Assembly: GCF_026571515.1 (NCBI RefSeq)
Contig: NW_026855774.1
Span: 62,001-126,000, forward strand
DNA from: Ruditapes philippinarum
Taxonomy: Eukaryota
Direction: 5' to 3'
Length of the DNA: 64,000 bases
The first letter of the stretch is position 1, and each line of letters opens with the position of its first letter. A program made the translations under genes and the position numbers. The notes under the pieces were generated by a model. It was given only the letters and a program-made list of their open reading frames with translations, was not told the origin of the DNA and did not search any database. Of this stretch, positions 37,101-51,800 are shown one piece after another.

Positions 37101-40100
37101 AAATACTAAATTATAGTCGCTACTTTAACTAATTATGCAATAAACAAGTCGAGGGATTTTGATTTGATTCTAAATGAATGAGTTATTTACTTTTAGGAAA
37201 AATGGCGATTACTTCACAAACGAAGATGTCAGTGCTTTCAAACTATTTGCTGTCTACTGTGCCCTTGCATTACACTATTCTAGGTTATATAACATGCTTG
37301 CCCATCAACAAATGAAATACAAGGTGTGTTATCTTACTTTAATTTGTATTATTATTGGTCAAAGTATAATAAAATAGGTCTAGTCCTGACTTTAATGCGT
37401 CATTTAGAACCATTGATTGTATAGATCTAGTTTAGAATTTAATACATTATTTAAAATAAGAAGCATTGGTTGTATTGATCTAGTTTAGAATTTAATGATT
37501 TATTTAGAAGTCTAAATTTGAGACGTCATTTAGAAACATTGATTGTATACGAGTATTTTTGTTGTACAATGGCGTTCACTACTACCAAACTCACCATAGC
37601 CAAACACAGCACTACATCACTTGGGACGTTTAAATTTGAATGTACGACAAAATTTATCTCTATTCCAAAAAATAAAAAAAATAAAAACAAGACTTTTCCC
37701 CCAAACAGGTAGCAATGGAAGTGCTACATTTCCACCTTTCGTGCAGCGAAGAAGAAGCGCATTCACTTATTGTAAATCCATATCTCAAACCGGATGAAGT
37801 GCCCCCAAATTTCGACAAATATAAATTCTCCTGCTTTGGACATGAGGAAGTTCTTCCCAAACTTTTTATCAGAATGATGGAGACTACATTTGGTAACCCT
37901 TATCTTATAACCCTTATGAAATTTATTTACTATAGGCTACTTTATGAGAATCTTTACATCAAGGGTCCAGTACTATATTATAGAGGAGTTTGCTAGTTCA
38001 TGGGCAAAGCGGAGTGTGATCTGATCAAGTGTAATCCATGAGACCTAAATGCAAGTCTAGATAAAGCTTCTCTTGAAATGACACAATGTTATACATGTAC
38101 ATGTATATTTTTTTTAAGTTTTTATGTTCGTTCGTTAGAAACGTGGTCATAATGTCAGCAACGTCATACCAGATCAAACTTGTATGTAATATGTGCAGGT
38201 GTTCATCGTATTAGTCCATACAAACAGTTTATCTAAACTTGTTTTCTTTATAAATTATATATCATTATCTGTTATGGACAGTTGATAAAGAGAAACATTA
38301 TGAATAATTCCTCCAGAATAAGCTTGTCTATTCATATTTACATTACATTAAAAGAATATGCCAATATACAGGGAAACAAACGCTTTACCAGAAACAACAA
38401 CAAGTTTTCATCCCGTGACAGGAGTATGTTTGCATTGATAAATCAGGCATGTGTACGATTAATGTGCTTGAAATTTCCGTATTCTCGTTAATATTTTCAT
38501 GTTGTTTTTTCGCGTACAGGTGAACATTCGTTTGATGTTCAAAAACTATGCCGGTTTGTGTTGACGATAAGAAAAAACTATAGGCCAGTGTTGTATCACA
38601 ACTGGCAGCATGGCTTCCACGTTGCACATTGTATTTGGAGAATCATAGAGTCGTCTGGTTTGAATTTAACGAGACTGGAAAAAATGGCGTTGATTGTTGG
38701 CGGTATTTGTCATGACGTAGATCACCGGGGATATAACAATGATTTCTTTAAGAAGTTGAATTTACCTCTAGCCAATTTATACACGACGTCAGTGATGGAA
38801 CAACATCATTATAAACAGACTATTACCATTCTACATTCGGAGGGACAGGATATCTTCGCGCACCTATCATCAAGTGAACATAAAGATGTTCTCGATTTGA
38901 TAAGGTAAGACTATGAAATATGACTATGACTATTCAAATATGAATGCAACTGGGTCAATTTTCAAAAGTGCTTAGTAACCAGTCTTAGTAACCAGTACTC
39001 AATCCTTCATAATACTCTTAACCATCTGATATACAAATTTAGACTTTTAATCCAATTTCTTAATGCGTTTTTCATAATCTTTTCAAGGTATACTGTTAAG
39101 ACACTGGAAAATAGCCGAACCGACATTTTTTCGCGTTCAGCAAGGTGTTTTTGAGCAAAAGTCATAAGGGGCAAGGTCTGGCGAACAAGGAGTATATCCA
39201 TTATTTTCTTTTGATATAGACTTCTTAGAGAAATTGTTGTAGCTGTGTTGTTGTTGTTGTTGTTGTTTTAGATTTAGGATTTTTCCGAGCATGATAATTA
39301 GGGAACTATGCTGGAAAAGACCGAAAAGATGTGATAACATTTATTGTCCGTTATTTCAATGACACAAATACACCCGGCTATTTGCTTTGAAGGCATGAAA
39401 TCTCAGAAACATTGTGTGACATCGAATGCTTCTAGATCTACTTTGGCCGATGATAAGAAATACTAAATATATGTATTCCTATATTAAATAAATCATTTTT
39501 AACAGGAAGTTCATTATAGCAACAGATTTGGCGTTGTATTTTCCAAACCAGAAGTTCTTGACCGGTTTGATAGAAAAGAACGAATTTGACTTCGAGGTTA
39601 TGAGTCACCGTGATGGACTTCTTTCTCTCATGATGACCAGTAGTGATTTATGTGCCATTTGCAAACCGTGGGAAACTCAAAAGAAAACTGCAAAGCTGAT
39701 ATACGAGGAGTTTTACGTGCAGGTTTATAATAAGTTCTTTTATGATCCCCGAAAAAATTTGGGGGAGGATATAGTCGCCGGGTTGTCCGTCCGTCAGTCC
39801 GTCCGTCACGAATTCGTGTCCGGTCCAGAACTTCGTAATTTGAAGTCGAATTTTACAACTTTTTCACAGAAATGATCACCATATTGAGACGACGTGTCGC
39901 GCACAAAATTTGGGTCGCTACCTTAAAGGTCAATGTCACAGCATGACCTTGCAGTAAAAGCGTGTCCGGCCCATTAACTTCATTATTTGAGGTCGGATTT
40001 TACAACTATTTCATAGAAATGATCACCATATTGAGACGACGTGTCGCGCAAAACATTTGGGTCGCTACCTTGAAGGTCAATGTCTCAGCATGACTTTGTA

Positions 40101-41421
40101 GCAAAATCGTATCCGGCCCCTAACTTCATTTGAAGTCGGATTTTACAACTATTTCACAGAAATGATCACCATATTGAGACGACGTGTCGCGCGCAAGTCG
40201 GTAGTTAAATCTCATTGAGTAGAGGTGCAGTGCAAATAACAGTGACTCTGCCTTGCCTAAGTTTGAAATTATCACACTTTGAACTTTGTCTGGGACATAA
40301 CTCTGAAACTACAAAAGATATACTTTTCTGTGTCCAAAACCGGCTCTTGTTTCAATATAACGTACCCCCAAACTAGACTGGATACCATAAGATAAAATAA
40401 GCCTGTATCTATAGGAAAAACTTGAATTTTCTGTTTATTATTTTCTTTTTCTATCTTTTGACCTTACGATTCGAAAGACTTTAATTATGTGTAATGGCTG
40501 AATTTAGTAGTCCGCCAAGATATCAGTGAAAATACGAAAAATATGTTTCACTGCAGTGAAAAATTAATTTTACGGTAAAAATCGGGAAATTAAAATACCC
40601 ATTTCATTTCATCAAGATTTCATTATATAATAATACTATTTATGAATATCTAACGTATAAATAAGTGCTTTTGACGGATCCACCAAAATCGTACACATTA
40701 AAACTAAGTCAACTTGAAGTCACCTGTTATAAGTTAATTCTACATGTATATGAAATTCTGCTTCATGAGTTTTTGTTTGTTTACCCAGGGAGATGAGGAG
40801 AAAAAGCGAGGAATACAACCTATTCCAATGATGGACAGAATAAATGAAAAAGATATTCCCAAAATGCAGGTAATACTTATGCTTTAACAGAATTCCAATC
40901 ATAAAAATGAGAGGAACTTTTTTATGTTGACCTTCAATTCATACTTTATTTGGTCAGCAATACCTTGTATTATGTTTGATATGTAACTGTTGATACAAAT
41001 GATAACAAATGCAGGTAGTTTGCATGTCTCGTGAATAATACATTGTCACATAACTATACACAAACAATTACTTCAATTAAACTGTTACCAACATTTTGTA
41101 AGCTGAATATATCTGCCATTAATTGATTGATAAGTTTTCATTTCGTGCACCTGTTAAATTTCCAAGCAAGAGTGTCTTCAATTTCTAGATCTATATGTTC
41201 TTACCTTATAAATCAGTACACTAATCATCTATGATTTGTTTTATTGAATTATACAGGTTGGATTTATTGGCTTCATTTGCAAGCCTATGTACACAACCCT
41301 GACTGCCCTAATCCCGGCCGCCAAGCCTCTTCTAGATGGATGTGTTACATGTAAGGAGAACTGGGAGAAATGTGCTGCTGAGGCTGCAGCAGCCGAGGCC
41401 GAAGCAATAGCGAAAGATTAG
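34184..41421 (+). CDS. PDE10A: GAF-GAF cyclic nucleotide phosphodiesterase, PDE10A-like, paralog 2 (about 771 aa)
   Basis: Exons 34184-34900, 35302-35465, 35759-35891, 36833-36975, 37197-37323, 37709-37892, 38520-38904, 39506-39722, 40789-40869 and 41257-41421. Motifs [49 protein letters not shown] and MQVGF. Confidence 0.93.
39738..40200 (+). mobile_element. DINE/Helentron-like element with about 3 tandem units of ~148 bp, just inside PDE paralog 2 intron 8
   Basis: TTTTATGATCCCC..GGGGAGGAT hairpin, (GTCC)n, and repeated GAAATGATCACCATATTGAGACGACGTGTCGCGC. Confidence 0.75.
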
Positions 41422-43277
41422 CCAATATTAAACCAACTAAACAATAACAAAATCAACATTTCAAATATTGATATAAAAATCAGGATTGGAAATAATTATA
41501 AATTATATAACAGAATAAATATTTTGTTCCGATTTATTTGGTTGCAAGCAGGCGCATTTAAAATTATTTGTTGTAAAACATTTATTCACCAATAGGAAAC
41601 CCCATTGTAATGTGCTGATGATTACCGACACATTGTAAAAAGGGAAATGATTTTAGTATGATAATAGGACTGAAATATGTCAAAAAGGTGATCCTCAGCA
41701 AATTTTGAGTTGTATACTTTAAATGTATTCAGGGGTCATAACTGTGTTGAAACACGTCGAGGATACATGGATGCAAATATCCTGCGGCTATTGACTTGTT
41801 CCGGTCAAGTTTCATTGAAATCCAGACAAAATAGTACTGAAATAAATGTCATGGGGGAAGAGAACAACACATCCCGAAGGCGTTTTGGTGTATAGTAAGA
41901 TGGAACAAGTTATACATGTTTCTACTTACCCTTCTAAAGCTTAACATGTTTTCTATGGTATAGCTATGCTGATGGACCAAATTATAAATCATGGCCCATA
42001 TACATTTAATTGTTGCTTAAAGAAACTAAACAACACAAGTCAATTTGTCAGTGTTGAGGGGAGATTTAAATACATAACTAGGCTTGAAGTTCTTGTAATA
42101 TCATTTATTACATATTGTTGGTGTTTTATCCATTATTAACAAGATGGTTACAGATGACTAATGATGTATCTATATACAGATGTGACTGAATGTATCTTAA
42201 AAACAGCATAACTACAAGATTTATATCATAATTATGGAAGATTTCTTTCATATATGTTTATATGTGTAATAGTAAAGAATTTAATATATTCTAACATATA
42301 ATTCTATTAAATAATAACGTACATATCATTTACTCAGTCATAAAAAACATAGCCTAATTCAAGTGACTTTTGAACATGTGTAACTTCCATCAATGTTTTT
42401 CAAGATCCCAGTAGAACAGACTTTACAGTGGTTCTCCTAGGTTAATTAATTCTGGAAAAATATGGCTAAAAAGTAAAAAAGCTGGTGTAAGCTCAGATTT
42501 TGGAAGATGAAAAAAACTTGAATTAAAAGAAAATTTCTCTTAGGAAGAGGCCTTTTATAGGCTTCTGTTATATAAGGTGAAAAAATCACCGACAAATCTA
42601 TTATGGCCAAGTACAAGTTTCTGTACAGTGTTGTTTCGTTTTCACAAAATCTTAATCTTAATAAAAACATATTATGTTAATATTCTTGACCAGTGCATTT
42701 TACTTTTGTTTTGAGTATCAATAAATGCCGACATGTAAATACTAAACTAAATGCATTCAAAGTGACCTAAATGACTAGCAGAAAAATTTCAGCTATTGCA
42801 ATATAAAGGTCACTATAATATTTCCAAAACATCAAATCTTACAAAACATCCAAAATATTTCCCCTATAACAGGTTTATTTCAAAATACACTTAAATCTAA
42901 TATTAATGTACATACACTGAAATACACTGAACAAATTTGTCAATTAGGACTGGACAAACACAATACAAGTTTCACAAACAAACAAATAAAATCAGCATAT
43001 ACATCACGTAAAACCCACAGTGTATTAATAATAGAACAATTTAATTTAATAATTAAAAATAGCACTTCAGAAAAATCAATACATTAGGTAACATTCTATA
43101 AACAAAGTCCAACACAAAGAACAAATTTTCAGACATTAACTTCAAATATCAGACGAAAATGTGAAGTTAGTCTTTCCAACCCTAACCTGGAGTTTCATCT
43201 CCTTTGCACGAAATATCAGAATTCAAAATTAACATGAATATTAATTAATGATAAGCAAAAAATCAACCTTACACTGA

Positions 43278-43700
43278 AACAAGAGGACCGTGATGGGCCT
43301 TAATTGTTCACCTGTAAATATGGTTCACATGGACAAATTTTTAACATATTCATCATTTTTATCAAGTTTCATCAAAATCAGCCAAGTGGTTAAGAAGTTG
43401 TCATTTCTATATTTAGAATATAGTCAGCCATCTTATTATGCGGACTACAATGATTGAATTAATTAAGAAATAATTTGTATTGAATTAAATCAGAATTTAC
43501 CTCCAACAATTCTATAGATGCAAGATTTGCTATATTTATCTCTGATATTGACCATCTTGTTGAAGGACAAGAACCATCTGCGCAATTTTTAGAGGACCAT
43601 TCCTGCATAACTTCATCACTACAGGCAAATGGGTTTAAAACATGAACAACAGATTACAATAGTTCACCTTGAGCATTTTGCGCTCAGTCAGACTAAAAAA
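43278..43700 (-). mobile_element. Decayed DINE/Helentron-like element
   Basis: AACAAGAGGACCGTGATGGGCCT..TCACCTG (reverse of the 3' end of the 26-709 element type), ending GAGCATTTTGCGCTC..CTAAAAA. Confidence 0.55.
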
Positions 43701-45808
43701 AAGTATGTCATATTTTTTCATGCTATCAGAAGAAAATGCCTGAAAACCTAATCTTTGTTTCAAAAAAATGCTTGATATATTGTACATGATAAAAACTCGA
43801 CATAAAACTAAATATATTGACCAAGACATGCTTTTATCACAAGGTAAAATGGCACATTTATCTAGGATAAATTTACATTGAAAATCAGTGTGTCCATTAG
43901 CCATAAGTCAACTTCTTTTGAAACCCATCAATATGAGACTTATCTCAAATCAAGTTGACATTGCTCTGGATTGGTTGATTTCTAGCACATTTATTAAATA
44001 TACCAATCAAAAGCCAGCATTCTTGAGACAGGTATACAAATAATGAAAAGCTTTGTCAAATAAAATTTCTTAACAGAGGAGGTCCCTCAAGAGTGATGAA
44101 AACAAAAGCAAATCTTTTTGAAAATCACAGACTTAATAGGTTTTACTGGATCTGTTCACAAGTCTCTAAACGTGTAACATCTCTCTACATCCCTCACACT
44201 AGCTTATGTACTATTCTCAACAAATATTCGAACCCAAATGATCACTGTTCTACATATATTTATGTTAAATATACACATTGCTGTTGGTCATTAATGGATC
44301 TTATACTATCGTTTAATTTTGTATGGGTACTATTTGAAATAAAGCTCTAGTAAACTGTTACATAAATCTCAAGAGCATTATATTCTCCATTATTATCCAA
44401 CTTGCACAATGAATTTATAACACTGATTTTTTTTCACTGACTCTTTTTGATGTAAAATTGAAGAAATAAACCATGTATATATGATAATCATTTAGACAAA
44501 CCATTGGGTGCCTCAAACAGCACTGTGTAGTACATCAGTAGACATAAGATTCATGGAAATTTACCAAGCCATTGTATATGGTGTCTGTATTTATTTCAAC
44601 AAGAATGGCTTTACTAGTAGGTAATTAATATTTGAATACTTTAACAACTATTGATCAGTAAAAAATGTGATAATTTTTTCACACCTGCTTGTAATTCCCT
44701 CTATCTGCCATTAAGAAACATGTCAAAATAAGTTTAGTAATACATACATGTATATATAGATTTTCAGTCAAATACATGATATTTCACAGAATATTTCACA
44801 AGGATCAGAAGTAAAGATGAACACATGAACCTGTAAGTAATAAGCACATCTTAACTATATATCTATGAAAGACATATGTCATATAAAACCCGTGGTCAAA
44901 AAATACACAATCTTTTTTACTGGCATGAATAAAAGAAATGGAAAGACAACTTATCACATGTACCTAAACATTTACTTTGATACCTATTAAATTTGCCTCT
45001 GTATTTATCAACATTTGATGTTTGGAAATGAAACCAATAACATCTGTCTTATGTTGCAATTTGGATCGGAATATCCATTGCCATTGTGATAATTCTATGA
45101 TATTTTAAATAGTTTACATCAATACAATAATTTTCCATGGAAAATAATGTCCTTTTCCTTGGCAAATGATTTTACAACTTCATTCATAATTGGGAAATGA
45201 CATCAACTCAGGCACACAGTTTCATTCTAAAGTGTCCCGAAATTACATGATTTAAAGGCAGCTCTCCCATAAAATGTGCTAAAATGATGTCATTTTAAAG
45301 GAAGTGAACAATGTGACACCCCCATGCCAGACTAAATTTCCAGCATGGGTGAATATAATAGAGACTCCAGTCTGTTAGGCAGGAATTCATATCCCAGATT
45401 ATTCATATTTGACCATTATTAGTTTCAATGAAAGCCAATTTTGACAATTTTTCTAAAGTTCTGCAGTTACATTTAAATTTCAATAATGTTTTATAACAAT
45501 ATAAGCATATTTAATTTAGAGAGAAAGAAATCAATGTATGTAGCAAATTTTATCATATATATATATATATACAAATATGACCTCAAAGGTTGATAAATAC
45601 AGAACCAGATCTATCTACATATTTTGATCTACAGAGGATTTCTTGTTGCAGATTGCCTACGTAATATCACTATGTAAGTGTTTGCTTTATATCTCATAGC
45701 TGTTGTTGTTTTTCTGTCTCCATCTGTGTGACAAGTTTTCAGGTTCACAATATGTGGTTAAATGTGTGTGTTGTTTCAATCATTCATTTCTTGGTCCATA
45801 TTAAACCA

Positions 45809-48800
45809 TCAGCTATTCATCTGTCTCTGATCTTTGAACCAATCAACAAACTCATCTAGCAACACTGGCCCTAAACAACCAAATCAAAATATCTATCACA
45901 GGTTTTTAACATTTTAGATCGTTAAAATATTTCAAGTATCTTGTAACAAATTATAAAAGTATTATGGGCATTAGCCCTAATCATAACTTTTAAAATACCT
46001 TTGTTAAATCATAGTATGTTTAGATTGCATTAATTTCTTTCTTTAGAAACAATTATGTTTTTTTTATTGCTGTACTTATATAATATCTATGGTATATGAT
46101 TATTACTTTATAACATCACCCGAGTGTAATAATCACCCTTTAGTAATCTTGTTGCATTAATTATTTAACTCCTATATCCAAATTCCAAAAGCATTAGAAA
46201 AGTTTGTAGTGGTACGGCCGAGTGTTAAACATGTCAGACTTGTAATGTAAGGAATGCTAGCCACATAGATTGAAAAGTCAGTAAAGTGTCCTTGTTTTAG
46301 TACTGCTTTGTTGATGGAAAGGATTCTAGAGTGTGTTTTTAAACTTATAGCTTCCAGTACAATCAAACTAAAATAAATTATGTTTTAACAAATACATGTA
46401 CAAGGAACAAAGTTTTATTATTGTATTTACTTACAAGCACCATCTTCATCATAATTAGTTAGATCAGGAAATATACTTCTACTAAACTCCAGTATATTAC
46501 ACCATTGGTCTTTGTTGATCACTTTATACTTTGATTGCTGAAAATAATATCAGGTACAATTAAATATATTCCTACTTTCAGTACTTAATTTTTCCTTCTT
46601 AGGTTAGGTTTACATTTCTTTCATAACAAAAAGTTTCAATGTTTATTTATTTTCAATCTTATATTGAGCTTTCTCTAAACCTATTTCTATACTGCCTAAA
46701 AATCAGCTGGATGCAATGCCCCAAAGTTCTGTACATTCATATAACATTGTTCCAAAACTAGTGTCATACTTACGTCTAAATATTGATGAAAGTTTGGAAA
46801 GAGAGGCCATTTTTTACCCAATAATAATGTTAACATGGCCTTTGCTGTATCCATATCCATACTTCTTTGGTCTTTATCCTATAATACAATGTATACATAT
46901 ATCTTATACTAACTGTTTAACTACGCTACGCGATATAATTTGTCGCACCCAAACTCAAAACAGTGATGTTTTTGAGCCATAAAATCACTGTTTGGGATAT
47001 ATTATTTCATAAATACAGTGTTTACATGTATCTTATACTATCTGTTTAACTACTGACTTTATGAGGTAGTGGATATCTGTTTGTTTCACATGTAAGATTA
47101 AAATTTATTTCCCAGAAAGAACACAGGATGCAATATTTTCATGAGTGGCATAGCCACAAGTGAAAATATAACAGCTGGTGTGCACGAGTGAAATATAATT
47201 TGATCTTACATGTAAAAGAAACAAATCTTCTATTTATATCATGCGTTTTAGTGGTTTTAAGAAATTTTGACTAATTTTTTCTGTGTAAACGTCATGTGCC
47301 CTCCTTCATGACATCATCAAATCATGACTATACAATGCTCATACTTTAAAAAAGTAGGGGATATTTGTTTAGTTCAGTGTAAGATCGGAATATATTTCAC
47401 TGAGTGAGTACCAAAAGGTATATTTCACAAGTGGCGCAGCCAAGAGTGAAATATGAACTTTTGGAAATGGTGTTCACAAGGTGAATTATATTTCGATCTT
47501 AAGCTGAACTAAACAAATGTTCTTTTTATTATATGCAAAAAAGCGTTTAATGTCTTAATACTAAACGAAAAGCGCGCCAAATTATAATACAATGTGACGT
47601 CGTAAATCATCATTAAGTTGGTTTCCAATACTGTGCACGCTGGTATTTCAATGTAACAGGCTTAAATTCAAAACAGTGAAATTATCAAATTGATAATTTC
47701 ACTGTTAATTATCAGATTTTTATTTCACTGATACATTTCTATAAACCACCGAACAGCATGAAATAAAATTGTTTAATTTTTAAAATTATAAAGAATTATG
47801 TGCTTCTCCTTATCAATTACATTTTACTTACAAATAAGTGTATCCCTATGATATTTCCATTTTTTACAATGATAATTGCTTAACATGCACATTCAAATAG
47901 TCAGGCTACTGTGAAAATTATATATTTTATAACTTCATTCAGAAATTATTTAACTGTCTAAAAAGCATGTAATAATAATTTATACCAATCTCTCCAATAA
48001 CTTTGTTTATCAAAAAGAGTCTTAAATAACACAAAACTTAAATAAATCTTACAGCATGTTAACACCTCATGAGCATATTTTGAAAACTGGCCGTTTTCAC
48101 TGAAAAGCCTCCTGTTACAAGTTCAAACTGCTATGAAACTATGAAAAATGCTTCAATACTAATCAAACTTTGCACAAATGTTGACTGGACCATTTGTAAC
48201 GATTTGTAATCTGCCTTTGTAACGACATGCTCAGTCTTAAATTTCCTGTTACCATAGCAACAAGGGGACATCTCAAAATTTCCAAAAATCACTATTTTGC
48301 CTTGATTTTTTCCATCAAAATTTATTTCAAAGTGCTGCAACTTCTTCAGGGATTGAGATAGAGTCAAAGACTTTTCAGCGTTGGTTACACGTTACCTTAT
48401 GATCGACCTGGGGTTATTTTTAGCCTCTCACAAGTCCAAAATTTTCTTGGCGATGAGGGGGGCTACTGCCCCCCTTCAAACCCCACCCCAAAAAAGTGCT
48501 TACTCTTTTAGCAACATTTCTCAAACGAAAACATGTGTTTGGGGCCCAAATAGGACATTTTTTCACTATTTGAAGCCCAAAAGAGGGGGGGGGGGGTGGT
48601 GGTGGTTGGGGATGGGGTCGAAAGTGCGTTGTTTCGCGTATATACGAGTTAAAGGGTTAAGATACCATCAAGTACATGCATATATTCACATCCTTAATTA
48701 AGTAGATTTTCTTATGCACTCATTCTGATTGTCCATTTTCAATAGAAATCAATTTTTACTACATGTAACACTGTCTACAGATATGGATCATGGTTATATG

Positions 48801-51800
48801 ACATCAATGTATAATATGACATCAATGTCTAATAAGGGTGCAATAATCCGGAAAATCCCCCAGGCACCCACCAGAGGACAGAATAGTACAACATAAGTTG
48901 GAGAAGGTTCTAACAGTAATGACCACAGTGATCTTGACCTCTGACCTCAAAATCAATAGGGGTAATCTGCTAGTCATGACTAACCTTTACACCAAATCTT
49001 AGGACTCATCATGTTTAAGAGAAGGTTTACTATGTCCATTACGGGAAAAAAGCCATGACCTCCTGCAATGGGCCAATTTTAACATTTTGATTTTTCTAGC
49101 TTTAGCAGTTTTATCTATAATTACACATACAAGCAGAAACAATGACCACCACACCAGCCATAATATAAACAATCTTGGTAGAGATCCATTAGATGATCTT
49201 TAACCCTTTACTTCATGAGCATTTTGTGAATATGGCAGTTTTTGCATAGAAAAGCCTCCTGTTACAAGTCCAAACTGCTATGAAAAATGCTTCAATACTT
49301 ATGAAACTTGGCACAAATGTTGACTGGACCATAGCCTCTGTAACAGCATGCTTAATCTTAAAGTTTTGGGCTTGTACTTCCAGGCAAAAAGATTTTTTAA
49401 ATTTGCATTTTAAAAACCCATCTTTGGCCCTGTAACCTACTTATGCAACCAACCAGAATTATTTAATTAGATTTAATTCTGTCTGTCTAAGTTTGATTAT
49501 TGTAAATAGTTACGAGATGCTCGTCTTAATTATTAAGACATCAAGGATATTTGTTTAGTTCAGTGTAAGATCGGAATATATTTCACCGAGTGAGCACCAG
49601 AAGGTATATTTCACGAGTGACACAGCCACGAGTAAAATATGAACTTTTGGTGTTCACAAGGTGAAATATATTTCGATCTTACACTAAACTAAACAAATTT
49701 TCTTTTTATTATATGCAAAGAAGCGTTTTAAAAAGACATTTAACCTAATACTGAATGAAAAGCGCGCCAAATTATAATACAACGTGAGGTCATTTACGAC
49801 GTCACGTCATTAAGTTGGTACCCAGTTCTGTGCACGCTGGTATTTCACTGAAACAACGTAAGGGGCTTAAATTCAAAACAGTGAAATTATCAAAGTGGTA
49901 ATTTCACTGTTTCAAACAGTGAAATTACCAGTTTTATATCACTGATATATTTCTTTAAACCACCGAAAAGCATGTAATAAATAGCTTTCATTCTACATGC
50001 ACATAAAACATTTAATATAAAACCAATGCCAATATATATTAGCAATGTACTTATTTTTCAAAGAGACTAACTACCAGCACTTACCCTTGCAAAATCAAAT
50101 GCATATCTGTAGATATTTTTAAACTGTACAGGATCTTCTAACAAATTTCTTAAATATTCTAATTTCTGTTGAACTTTGTTTGTACAATCTGCCCTGTAAA
50201 TAGATTTTTGAAAAACCGATTATGTGTTTTATTAAGGGAAATGGATTTGTCCCGTTTATTAGTTAACACATGACCCAAATTTACTATTTGCCGGTTTATG
50301 TCAGTATAATTCAATTACATATTGTTTATAAAAGGTAAAAATCTTGTTTATTACAGTGTCACCCCTACTGAAAGGGCCAGCCATTTCTGACTTATGAGAC
50401 ACCTTTTGCTTGCATACTATGTACCTCCCAACTCCTACCACTATGCAAGGTGAAAGGCGGTTAGAAACCATTCATTTTAACTACCTTGCAGCTCACAAAG
50501 CGGCCATTTCGGAAGGAGTCCCATGAGAAACATTCATCCTTAAATTAATGCTCCCCGTGGGGCTAGAACCTTTGACCTCCTGATGCGAAGGAGATCCCCT
50601 TAACCACTCGGCCAATGGTACCAGTTATAATAAATTCTTCTTTTCATACTTTTTATATATAATCTTTGACAAGCCTCTATACTTTAGTTCATTCAAATTC
50701 TAACACACTCTGCTAATCGACTTTATTGGTAAGTATAAAACTTTACCGAATGCTTATGTATGTTGAATGCTGCTGTCATTACCTAAGGGAGAGGTGTTTT
50801 TTATTTACCATACCCATTCGGTGAAGTTTTATACTTAGCCATGAGGTCGATTTCCATACTTTATTTGATAGACATTACAAATGAAAAGGCTTCTGCAGTT
50901 TGTTTTATCGAATAACTTTATTTATAAATGTTTAGAGAAATATCATTTGGATTGAGAGAATCTTGCTCGCCCTGTTTGGCGAGTTTGATCAATCTGATCA
51001 AATTGCGAGAGGTTGAGTGAATTTGTTGTTTCAAGTACAGAGAAAGTTCATTCTATTCTTACCTTTAATAACATGGTAAACATAGGGTACTAAAATTTGT
51101 TCAAGGAATCTGAAAGATGAACACCTTACTTAAAGTTAATAATGGTAAAGAATTGATATATCCTTTCAGACATACTAGTGACAAATAAAGAACAGTCAAA
51201 CAACCCAAAAACCCTTGTGTAATGAAAACACAAACCAAATATTTGTAAAAGCATTCAGTGATAAAATGACTTACTGTAATTCTGACATTCCTTTAAGCCA
51301 TTCTGCTAATGTAAAAAAGCCCATGGATTTAGCATCTAATTTGTAGGCTAATGACAACATAACAATCTGAAAAAACAATATTCCAGTTTAGATTAAAATA
51401 TTCCTCTGAACTAAATTGTGAAATAAGTTGTGATACCATTTAAAAATCTTTCTAAGCTACTTCCTTTACTGTATATAGAAACAGTTTCATATCAAGAAAT
51501 AAGTTCATAAATTGAAGTCTTTCTCTTACAATCCCTAGATAGATAGGCTACTTAACACTTGAGAGCAATGTGTTTCAGGAAAAAATTGAAATTGTCAGAC
51601 AAAGCAAAATCTGGAGGTGAAGATATGACATTCCTTTTTGCTTTTTAAAGAACGAAGTACATGTCTATGGACAATAATGTATATGAAAATCTTAAACTTT
51701 TGGCAAAGTAAGTCTCCACAAACAAGTTCATAATTAATACTCATAGACCCCAGATCTATGCTTAGCTTAATAATACAGTGTAACTTCCGAAAACCGAACA

